DNA from: Tubiluchus corallicola
Taxonomy: Eukaryota > Animalia > Priapulida
Assembly: GCA_030141605.1 (NCBI GenBank)
Contig: JAQGDQ010001341.1
Coordinates: 1-46,077 of the forward strand
Length of the DNA: 46,077 bases
Direction of reading: 5' to 3'
Shown here: positions 1-11,099 of the stretch, one piece after another
How positions within the stretch are numbered: position 1 is the stretch's first letter
Layout: every line of letters begins with the position of its first letter
The notes under the pieces: generated by a model
The model's database searches: none
What the model saw: only the letters and a program-made list of their open reading frames with translations
What the model was told of the DNA's origin: nothing
Program-made: the position numbers and the translations under genes

Positions 1-1449
1 TCGAAAGATTTATCAAATGGATCTTGATATACCAGCAGATGCTGCTGACAGCGTAAGCATCATCGTGCAGGCCATGATGAACCAACAGAAGCATCGGCTA
101 GAGCCAGAAATAAACCAATGCCAAAGGCCACAGGTAGACCTGCTGCTAAGTCAACAAGTCTGACCACCAAACCGGACATATCAGACTCTAATATATTATA
201 TAATTTATGTACACTGATGCTCGGGATCTGGGATTGGCAATCGGACCAAACGATGCCACTAGTGACAAGCATAAAGATGGACGAACTGACAGAAGTAATC
301 AAACAAATTAGTGTTTTCAACAGTGACAGTAGATACTCGGCGTGGCAAAACTACACTTCGTACCTGATCTACTACCATGAGGTCGATAGTGATGTGGATT
401 ACTACAATTATGTCAGCGAATTAACCAATGATTTAACCAGGTTATACGTCAAGCAATTGTCGTATCAACCCTCAATGATGACCACTCCACCTATGACTAA
501 GTATGGCATACAGGCTGTGGAATACCAGATCAAGATTGGAGCACTAATACAATGATGAAGATGCAGCAAACATTGGCAGCTGCCACAGAACTGTCCAATA
601 TGGATACTGCGTCAGACAAAAAACACAGTCGGAGGATGGAACGAAGAGGCTGTATTTGTCAAGCTCTTGGCAATGGTTGAACTATTACCAGATGTCAACC
701 CACTTGAAGAAGATTGAGCCCCATGGATCATTGCATGGCACGAGTATCTCGAATGTACTACAACATGGGCAACCGGATCGGCGAATGTTGGAGCGAAGAC
801 AATGCCTTTGAATATGTGTGTTATAACGTTTGACACATATACAGCATTGTGTTGTGGCGATGTTGTCATAGACAACCTAAAGGCTGACGATTTCGATCGG
901 AATGTAACTCCAGTATTTATGCAAGCCACTGACATCGGCGGATGGACTATTCCATATTCAGTTGCTCATCTGAGTAGCCAATTTTGGAATACATTGACAA
1001 TTTGGTCTAGTGTTTAATCCGAATGGCACTTTGGATCTAGCTGTTACTGGCCATTGGCTGCAACCACATTCATTGAGGGTGCAACTCAAGGAGTGATAAT
1101 TTAAGTTGACCAGGGCCAAGGATCAAGTAGAGTACTAACCTGGCGCTGCGGCTATGATCGACGATATGTCAATTATGGGGTCGATCTTCCAATATTTTAC
1201 CATAAAGGACGAGCCCCTGCGGTAGGATGGAGTGTTACCTGGATGCGAGTAACAGCTGTGTGGCATAGGCTCATTGGTGTGGGGAAATCTCCGTTTAGGC
1301 AGGCGTCACACGCATAGCTACAGCGTGGAATGTGAATCTCCGTAGCGCGCTTTCGCATTGAGTGCTGAACTCTGAGGACCTCTGCAGATGTCAGACCAAC
1401 AGCAATCAAAGGTCTTGAAAGAAATTTGACTCGGATGACCGACCAATAA
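1..1449 (+). pseudogene. Endogenous viral element: decayed toti-like (Ghabrivirales, PMCV-like) dsRNA virus capsid fragment
   Basis: Frame +1 stays protein-like from 118 to ~1449 across scattered in-frame stops, has no introns, and is more GC-rich than the flank. The segments ...AVFVKLLAMVELL...MCVITFDTYTALCCGD...VTPVFMQATDIGGWTIPYSVAHL...PLAATTFIEGATQGVII*VDQ recall, in the same order, piscine myocarditis virus-type capsid motifs (from memory, not searched). Possibly open at the window start. Confidence 0.55.
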
Positions 1450-1458
1450 CTATATATA

Positions 1459-1563
1459 ATTATGGCTATATATATCATTTTACTGTTTACTTTTACTCAT
1501 GTATAAAATGCATTTTCATTCTTGTGCTTAATAATTAATAATAATAAATAATAATAATAATAA
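1459..1563 (+). mobile_element. 3' end of a LINE-type retroelement with (AAT)n tail
   Basis: attatggctatata...ttttactgtttacttttactcatgtata...ttgtgc followed by (AAT)n. A homologous copy lies at ~21221-21241 + 21827-21889. Confidence 0.6.
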
Positions 1564-2388
1564 TTTCACAGTGAAGACACAAGAAAGTTAACGCACGGAA
1601 TTGCTGTTGCAAAATCATAAAATTTTCAGAAAACTTCCCATTTTTTCCTCTGAAACGCTTTCAGCAGGAATGTTCATTTTTCACAGAAACTGCACGGTTA
1701 GGACCTGTTGTTACGAAGATCTCTGTAAGGCCCATTTCACAGTGAAGACGGAAGAAAGTTAATGCATGGAATTGCTGTTACAAAATCAGAAAATTTTCAG
1801 AAACTTCCATTTTTTCGGAAACACTTGCACCAAGAAAGTTCATTTCACACAGAAACCGCACGTTTAGGACCTGCCGTTTCAAAGGTCTCTGTAAGGCCTA
1901 TTTAACAGTGAAGACGCAAGAAAGTTAATGCACGGAAAATCATAAAATTTTCAGAAACTTCACATTTTTTTCTCTGAAACCCTTGCACCAAGAAAGTTCA
2001 TTTCACACAGAAACCGCACGTTTAGGACCTGCCGTTTCAAAGGTCTCTGTAAGGCCCATTTCACAGTGAAGACGGAAGAAAGTTAATGCACGGAAAATCA
2101 TAAACTTTCAGAAAACTTCCCATTTTCTCTGAAACCCTTGCACCAAGAAAGTTTATTTCACACAGAAACCGCACGTTTAGGACCTGCCGTTTCAAAGGTC
2201 TTTGTAAGGCCCATTTCACAGTGAAGACGGAAGGAAGTTAATGCACGGAAAATCATAAAACTTTCAGAAAACTTCCCATTTTCCCGGAAACCCTTGCACC
2301 AAGAAAGTTCATTTCACACAGAAACCACGCGTTTAGGACATGCCGTTTCAAAGGTCTCTGTAAGGCCCATTTCGCAGTGAAAACACAA
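1564..2388. repeat. Tandem repeat, ~155-171 bp unit, ~5 copies
   Basis: Units start tttcacagtgaagac at ~1564, 1735, 1901, 2059, 2214 and 2370. Confidence 0.95.
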
Positions 2389-3858
2389 CATCATCACACT
2401 GTGCTCAATCAAGGACACAAAAAATTACCATGAAGAACCTACCCTGTGTAAGAAAATTATTATGAAGCTTTATAAGTATAACAAATCTTACAAATATTCA
2501 CAACAAAATATTATTTTTCACTACTTCAAGTTATAGTGTGACTAAAAGTGTTAAATTAAGGGAGCAGTGGCTTCTTTAAAGGAGCAGTGCTAACCTGAAG
2601 TATTAACGATTGCTAGTACTAATAGTAGAATTTGAGCATTAGAAAAATGGAATCTCCGATCAAGTCTTATTTTAATAAAACTGAAATAAGCAGACAAAAA
2701 GTAAGACAATAAACAAAAAAAAGACAAAGACCTGCTGAGAAAAAAGATGAAAATCCTGGTTACCGAATTGTAAAAAAAATCATAGGTCTAATTGCTGTAC
2801 AGAGAGCTTCCAACATTTGACTTGTTCAGGTAGAAAGGGAGTTTATTCATATACGTCGGCAACCTAAACAGATGGGAATCAGATGGTCCATTTGCACTCT
2901 GGCTTGTTGACTGTGCCCAGTAGTGCAAACGACCAAGATTCACATTGACTGTCCTCTAGAGGGTGAAACCAACCACAAACGTAAACTTCACAAAAGACCA
3001 GTAAGGTATACCTACGGATACTACTGGTACATTTCATTATATTCACTTAAACACGACCCAGCCATTGATAGCAAGAATGAGGTACGAGGTATAGAATGCG
3101 TCCTTGGTTACCGATGTTTGTTTACCGAGCTTTAGTGACCTCGTGACTGTACTTATTACGCCATTCGCAAAAGAAAATGGCGGTTGTTCAGATTTAATAA
3201 TGCTAACAACAAAGTGATAAAAAATCAAAAGAAGCCAGTTTTACAATAAGTTTACAATAAAACGGATTGAATATTCGTAATGAGAGTAGGATTTAAGGAT
3301 GCAAACACTTATATTATAGTGAGGGTTTACTTTCACTTTAATTGTTTGGGAGCATTATGGTGCTGTTTTTCCAGATTTGATTGAAAATGGATTTTTACAG
3401 GTTTTAACTAATCACAGTTTACACAGTCATGGTGACCGACCATATCTGATGCATGGTCAGGTGGCTTGCATCCTGATTTGTGATTGGGCAGAACTGAAGA
3501 GGACGGTCGATCTCCGCATTGTCTTTGTGTCTTGTGTCTTTGTGTTGTTGTTTAAAACAAGATGAGGGATTTTGAACGAGAAGTACGTTTGTAAAATTTG
3601 GTTTGCTATAATCTTAGCTGTAAGGTCTATAGTGAAAACATTAATGAAAAAAGTACGTAGACTGTGGCTGTTAAGGTAAAATGAATTTTTTGTATCATTG
3701 CTCAATCTCTTGCAGCCAACTTTAAAATATTGCTTCAGCAGGTTGACTGTCACATGACCCAAGGTACCTGACTCACCTGGCTGCACAGGTGTGCAGAGCT
3801 TGCTGGTTTAAATTTTTGTGGTTTGCACCGTGAAAAAAACGTAAATTGTGAGTCTATA

Positions 3859-5900
3859 ATGTCTGAGCCAGACAAGGAGGCAAAGAGGTATGTATTTAGT
3901 ATCTTACTTTTCTTATTTCCTTACCTTCTCCCAAATTAATTAATTTTCTGTTAACCTGTTGAACTAAAAATTTCCGTTCGCTCGTTTAAGAGATAAAACG
4001 TAATGGGAATGGTTATGGTCATGCATGTGGTTATGTTTTTTGATGTACAGGACAATTTCATAAATAAACTGGTCAAACTACAAAGGAACTTTCCAATGGT
4101 TTAAAATATGTGGAACAAATAACCAAAAAATAAGAATGGACGACCAAACAGTGCCTTAAAGTAACACTATTTGCTATTTCAGCCAACAGATGGTACTGGG
4201 GTCAAAATGTAGAAAAAGATCTCTCTTGCTGAGCAGTTGGTTTTGTGCATTGTAAAAGGTTTGAAAATTCTAACTTTTCAAGTTTTGTAGCCATTTAACA
4301 TTTTCATTCACTAGTGGTTTATACTTAACTACACTGGTACTCCAGGTGTTACTTCTCCAGGACAAACATTTTAAAGTTATTTCAGCAATTAAGAGACAGC
4401 TTGATGTGCAGGCCTCCACAAGACAAGCCTCATCTATCAATATGAACAATGATCATTAAACAAAAGATGTGTAACTGTGAACGTTAATTGTGGATTCGCG
4501 TGAGTGTTCGAAATTGCGGATGATGTGACCAAAATTTTCAGTTGGCTTGTTCTCTCTTCCCACATGTAGGTCACATGATTTCACTAGATGATCGGAACAA
4601 ACACATCGAATTTACCACATGAATCAGTAAAACAGTATTTTACTACGACGTAAGCCTTAGAATCATCTAGATAATACCGATTATTTGTGATATAAAGTTA
4701 TAGAGATTCCATATATTGTGTAATCAGTCGGAAATGGGTAAATCTACTGTTTTTCTACGAAGAGGTTTGCTTCGTGGTAATAAATGCTTAACACTTAAAC
4801 GAGAATTAGTTCAATAGTATCGTATCAAGTGAATACGACGGCTGCAAAAGTTCAGCGGAACCACCATAAAAAGATGTGTCGATACACCAACTGTGTCTAT
4901 ACTTCAACCAACAAAAAATAATAATAAAAATTATTAAAGGAGACTAACATTTTGAAACACGCACGTAAGTCTATGAATCCGAGGCATCTCGACTTTCATT
5001 GATCTCCCATATATAAACCTTACGAAGATCATAAATATTGAGCCGAACAGGTGTGAATGTACCTTATATATTTAAGCATAGATACCTGGCCAGCCAACCT
5101 ATAGGAAATGTTGTGATCACCATGTTTAAACAGGAAGCCCGTCACATTCGTTGACTATCATGTAATGTCGTCATTTGTCAGAATTCAACTCTGTACTGTC
5201 CTTCACATCTGTCCCCTGCCAGGTGTTGTTGGTTTTGCTTTTTAGATCTTTTTTGCGCATTGTCATTGGGTTTACGTTAGCCCTTAGAAGGCGCACCTAC
5301 CAAGGGTCGGACCTCGCAACAATATTTTACACAATTCACCATCGAAAACTTTACAATTTACAGGAATTTTGTACGATAATGAGCATGAGTAAAATAAATA
5401 TAACTATATAACTTATGTTTCGTAGATAAGTTCACTGCTATACTTGAAAAATACCGCATTTTGGGTTATAATAATTTGAGTGATGTATCTGTGACTGAGT
5501 TCAACTTACTACCCATTATCTATGATTCGTTCTTCCCTATATTTTAAATGGGATAGTGTATACGGGGAGTGGTGCAAACCATCTAAAATCTTCAATTTTT
5601 TGCGAAACTTCAACCTTTCAAATTCGTCATTTCCGATATTGCATAATCTTATCATGAGGCTTTTAGGAGCTTATTACACAAAGAGATTTCGTTGTACACA
5701 ATGGGTTTTCGCATGGTTCCACCACTTATAGCACTAGCATCATTGATTGCAACGCTAGTACCATTTCCTTTATACTAAAGTCTGTAGATTTGCACTTTTG
5801 ATGCAAGATACTTTATTTTGTTATTGACGATCTGCATACATCGCAGCATACGTTCGAAATATTACCAGATTTGCAGTTATCAAATGGTGTGGTGAGATGT
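3859..5900 (+). pseudogene. Possible decayed multi-exon gene with PAN/apple-like segments
   Basis: ATG at 3859 (MSEPDKEAK) with a GTATGT donor at 3888, and acceptors at 4050 and ~5425. Fragments ICGTNNQKI..TTKQC, YRILGYNNLSDVSVTE and STSIIDC..SF..KSVD resemble PAN domains. Many stops and frameshifts. Confidence 0.25.
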
Positions 5901-6779
5901 CATATTTGTAAAATAAAGTATTATAACCATAAACAACTTTTTCAAAGCATCAAGCGAGTTGGTACCCTAGGGAACAATAGAGAATAGAATGTCTAATCAA
6001 CAAATAAGGATTGGTTCTTAGAAGTATATTACAATTAATAAGCATGGAGTAGCATGTGATGAAATTTATACTTTCATATCAGGCAGTCATAGCCAATTAT
6101 AAGTGGGTTCTGACAAAATATAGGGCATCTCAAAAACCACTATCAATGTCCAGTTCTAAATATTTTTAAATTCTTTCCCAATCTTGATAAGCTCTCACAT
6201 GAATCAAAAAAGGTCTTTGGCAATATTTTTTATCTAGTCGTATTTTCGACTGAAACTGTTGCTATGGCGACGCTACTAGGGTTAGAAATGAGGCAAAAAA
6301 TCAGCCTGGCACGAGACCCTTCAATCACCAATTGAATTCAAAGCACCATATGGACCACACTATTCTCTCATTGTTAACAAAGAAATTTTTGAACAAGATG
6401 CAGCCCTTCATCACCACTAATGGATTGTGAAAAACTTTCTCAATGCAAGATGCCAGGCTTGCCATAGGATTGGTCTCTACAGCTCTTGAGGTCCCTGAAG
6501 AAGGTAGTGAAAATAGCAGACCTCCTAGCTTTTTGTAAATTTTTGCTAATTTGAGTAAAAGAAATGGCCAGAGGTTTATCTATGCCAATTTGCATGGTCG
6601 AACTGACAACGTGATCAGCTTGCTGATAAAAAAAAAAGAGTCAAAACAACACGATTATACCAGCAGATGTACACACACCTGAGGATTCACAGAATTTGGA
6701 CGAGGTCGCAATGGTGCATAGGTTCTTTGCCTTCACCACCACCTTGTGCAGCTTCTGCAGATGTCTGTCAATGGTCGTC

Positions 6780-9590
6780 GGTGTAATCACTCCTGTTATG
6801 CCTGATGGCAGATGTGGATATTATTCTTTGTCATATAATCTCTTTGGAACAGTGGATAACCATTTGGAAGTCAGACAATACATAGCTGAATGCATTAAAG
6901 AATACAGAATCATGTTCGAGCCATGCTAAGATTTAGATTTTGATTTATTTTTGCAAAAGGTGATAAAAGACTCAGGCTGTAGGGAATCGTGGCTCACAGA
7001 TGAATGCATTCAAGCAGCAGCTATTGCTTTCCAAATAGATATCTATCTGCTATTTCTTTATCTGAATAAGCCTACTTGGCAAATATTTAGAGGATGTGCA
7101 GAAAATCTTTGCCACCGATACTGTTGTTTAGTGTTTCAAAATAACCATTTTGATGCACTCGATGGTCCTAGACCTACAGATTTAAATATCGGTACGTACT
7201 CATTTTTTGATCAAGAAGTCTACATTGACAATCTTGCCCCAGCTAGGAATTCATCCTCCAAAGTCAATTATGTAAGTGGGACTATCTTAAGCAAAACAGT
7301 TAAAGAACAGCAGGCTGTCAAACCAAAAAAAGAAAAGTCAATTGGACGGCAATTAAAAAACAAAAGCACAAAGAGAAATGTCAATAAGAGTGGCGTAGGT
7401 CCTGCATGTGAGACAGAAAGTTTTTACTGCTGCAACAAAACTCTAGAAAATACTCAGATCTGTAATGATGGTCAACAGTTAAAAGTCTCTTTCAAAAAAT
7501 CTTGTGTTAAAAACAACCTTAAAGTGTATGTTCCAGGTACAGGAAAGCAGGTGAGAGAAGACTCAAAAAGCAAAGTACTACTGAGACAGAAGAGTCAAGG
7601 CAAACACAACTGATTAAAAACCAACAATATCAGGACAGATGGAGAAAAAAGGAAACGGATGTGCAAAAAATGAGTAGATTACAGATTTTAGCTCAAAACC
7701 AAAGAAATAGATTAGAAGTTGAGACTGAATTAGAAAAATCCAAAAGGTTACAAGTTTTAACCAAGAATCAACAAAATCACTTTCAAAATGAAAGTGAAAC
7801 AGAAAAAACCTGCAAGGTTACAAGTCTTACGGACAAACCAACAAAAGAGGCTTTAAAAGGAAGGCGAAGCAGAAAAACTGGCAAGGTTACAAGCTGTACA
7901 TAACAGCCAACAAAAGAGGCTTCAAAATGAAAGTGAAGAGCAGCGCAATAGCAGACTGTCTAAATTGATTAAGAACAAGGCAAAAAGATGTTTGAATCAG
8001 TTTGCAGCAGTACGTCACAACTGTACGGATGACACAGTAAGTACACATTACTGTGGAGAGCTGAATTTTACCTGTTCACATTGTGGTGCTTTGCACTTTA
8101 AGGAAGAATGCAACGAAATATGTTGTCATCATGGTAAAGTAGCACTTCCGCCCTTAAATTCCCCACCTGAGTTTTTGCAAAAACTTTTCAAACGTGAACA
8201 TGTTGATTCAGAAAATTTTCTGAAAAACATTCGAAAGTATAACAGTGCTATGTCTTTCGCATCATTTGGCGCCACTGGAATTGTTGAAAACGTTTCCGGT
8301 TGGGGTCCATACTGTTTGCGAATAAATGGGCAAGTATATCATTTAGTGGGGTCGCTGAATCCGGACAATAATGAACAGCGGTCTTACGGTCAGCTATACA
8401 TTGTCGATTCAGATACAGCGTGCAATGTTAGAATGAGGAATGAGCACAATGCTGACTTGCTTCCAAATTTGTTAGCTCATCTACATGACATGATTACTGA
8501 AATAAATCCTTTTGCGAAATCGTTTATGCAGATGCAAACTGTCGTAGAGCAAGAACGACTGCAAGTGAAGGTAGACAAGTAAAAGAAGTTACAATGTGTT
8601 ATAAAAGAGGGCCGGATACAAGAATATACAACGCACCGGCTGTTGAAGTGGCGGCTATATTTGTTGGTCTGGATGGCGCATCGCCATTTGAGCGAGACAT
8701 AATGGTATACGAACGAGGCGGTGACTGTCAAAGAATTAGCTGTTATAAAAGAGGGCCGGATACAAGAATATACAATGCACCGGCTGTTGAAGTGGCGGCT
8801 ATATTTGTTGGTCTGAATGGCGCATCGCCATTTGAGCGAGACATAATGGTATACGAATGAGGCGGTGACTGTCAAAGAATTAGCATCTTGAGTCCAAATT
8901 GTGATCCAATGTGCTACTGCTTGCTATTTCCGTATGGTGAGCAAGGATGGCGTGAAGGCATGAAACATCGAGAACAATGCAGAACTGAGAAAAGATGCAC
9001 ACTGACGATGTTGCAGGACTACTGCTATCGTTTAGCACTGCGTGACACATATTGTTCAATTCACCTGGCAGGAAAATTATTTCAACAGTTCATTGTTGAT
9101 GCCTATTGCAAAGTTGAAGCATCTAGACTGTATTACGTACGCAAAAATCAAAATCAGTTGCGTGTAGAACTGTATTCCGGTCTCATGGATTACATTTATA
9201 ACAAGGCTGATACGACAAACAGCATACCCGGTAAGGTAGTGGTGTTGCCATCGTCTTTTGCAGGTAGTCCAAGAAACATGCATCAGCATTTTCAAGATGC
9301 TATAGCAGCCGTTAGACATGTTGGAAAACCTGACATATTCCTCACAATTACAGCTAATCCCAAGTGGAAAGAGATCACTGAAAATCTTAACGCTGGAGAA
9401 TACCCATATATGAAGCCAGATTTGGATGCTAGAGTGTTTCAGCTAAAGCTGAAAGAATTACTATACGACATAAACAAGAGACAGATCTTTGGAAAGCCAC
9501 TATCTGACATACATGTCACGGAGTTTCAAAAGCGTGGGCTCCTATTGATAGGACCTATTGACAAACGCACCTATTGATAGTCTTGAATAC
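6780..9590 (+). mobile_element. Disrupted Helitron RepHel 5' half: OTU cysteine protease, STPR-like repeats, Zn finger and Rep (helicase absent)
   Basis: OTU motifs DGRC...H.EVR...W.TD..IQAAA...NNHFD with an in-frame stop at 6927. ~69-bp E..K..RL repeats at 7600-7960. Then CSHCGALHF..CC..GKV.LPPL, NIRKYNSAMSFAS, YGQLYIVD, DPMCY.LLFP.G..GW, LFQQFIVD, LPSSF.GSPR, GKPDIFLT.T.NP.W.EI and EFQKRGL. Several stops and frameshifts. Confidence 0.95.
8597..8884 (+). repeat. 144-bp in-frame tandem duplication inside the Helitron Rep region
   Basis: 8597-8740 is repeated at 8741-8884 with 3 substitutions. One (CGA>TGA) creates a stop. Confidence 0.97.
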
Positions 9591-9630
9591 TTGAACAGTT
9601 GTACTTAAAAGTAATACTATTTTATTGCAG

Positions 9631-9773
9631 GTGATCGCTATAGGCATGACATGTTAAAATCTGTTATTCTTAATCTAAAATGTGGAGACGCAGTTTATGC
9701 CACATATTATATTGGTCCCTACATTCACACAAGCTCTGTTTGCAACATATCCAGTGGTTATCTAGTTAGCTAA
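9631..9773 (+). CDS. Orphan terminal exon encoding the C-terminal part of a C1q-like globular domain (possibly pseudogenic)
   Basis: Acceptor ttttattgcag at 9630. Phase-1 frame DRYRHDMLKSVILNLKCGDAVYATYYIGPYIHTSSVCNISSGYLVS* fits the C1q pattern S.IL.L..GD.V...(F)SG(F/Y)L. Confidence 0.6.
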
Positions 9774-11099
9774 TTTTTTTCCCAACTTAGACTTACATTT
9801 TATCCCAAACAACAATTTTGGATTGGTTACCATAGCACTACATCATGTTCTTACTATATAAATACTCAATAACCGCAGAAACAGCTTAAAAGCACCTTTT
9901 GATCCTTGTATTTTAAAAAGAAGTAATTTTTTATATCTACTCATTCCTTGGATGAGATAGGTGAATGTATATATACATATACATTTTGTGAATTATCCAT
10001 TAGGTCATCAATTATTTTCATCAATATGGTTGCACTATGTGAGTGAAAAATAAAGAATTTGATGCACTTGCTTATTTGATAATATAGCTATTTAATTTAT
10101 TAATGAGAAAAACTAACATTTTGCAAAGGCTGTGACGGCGTAAATTTCCACTGTGTGAGTGGTTAAGGTCACAAAAATGAAAAACATTTACAATGTCTAA
10201 AAAATTTGGTTGAAACTAAGCTACCTTCTTTTATTTTCTTTTACTTTTGGTTAGCATTAACATTTTATCATAGCACATTTTAATTCTTGTGATGAAACAT
10301 TATACACGGAGTTTTAGTTGTGAATAAATCACTCTAAATAGGTAAATGTTATAGAAACAGTCAAAAATAGATTGTAAGCTTTAAAATGTTAAATAAAGAA
10401 GCATACAACAATTAGTAAAGATACAGCGAAACCTCGTTATAACTAAATATGGCTTTATACCGAGATAAGGTTCATTAAATATCAAAGCCATTCCAATCTG
10501 TAACACTATTTTGTTTCCTAGTTCATTTTAATATGTCATAAATAGAATAACATTATTATACCTACAATAATACATGGGCTGCATTAATAAAATTAGTGCA
10601 TCCTACAATAATACATGTGTTGCATTAATAAAATTAGTGCAGGTGTAACACTGCTGTCTCCTAATAAGAGAAGTATGCACCCACACTCTCAGTGTAGTGT
10701 TACTAGTTATTTTGCAATTGCTATCTGTTAGTGTCTCTGAGAGGCATTTATAACAACTTCAAAAGTCTCAGTTGAATTTTCATATAAACCACTGATCTTT
10801 ATTTCTGCAATGTTTAAAACAAAAAAATAGAAAGGCAAAAGTGACTGACATTGGCTAATTTAGATAGATTGTTACATAGTTTAGTCCATTCATAAATATC
10901 AGAGAATAAATCAAAATAAAAATTAATAGAAGTAAACTTACATCGTTGCGGCATTTATCTAAATGAAAAATTTCACTAGTTTGTACAAGACACATGTTCA
11001 CTCATTCAACAGAACAGCATAATGAAAAACGTAACTAGGTCAGTGCCCACACTTTAAACTTTCTAGCTAGATGGAGCCACCTTTGCTACAAAATTAAAA

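Noticed and set aside
1564-2388. Retrozyme (hammerhead-containing tandem repeat), suggested by the unit size
   Set aside because: No CTGAnGA core found on either strand, only GTGAAGA. The 89- and 94-bp arrays also lack it.
6300-6780. Coding-like minus-strand stretch upstream of the OTU domain
   Set aside because: It contains stops and I could not recognise any family. Left unassigned.
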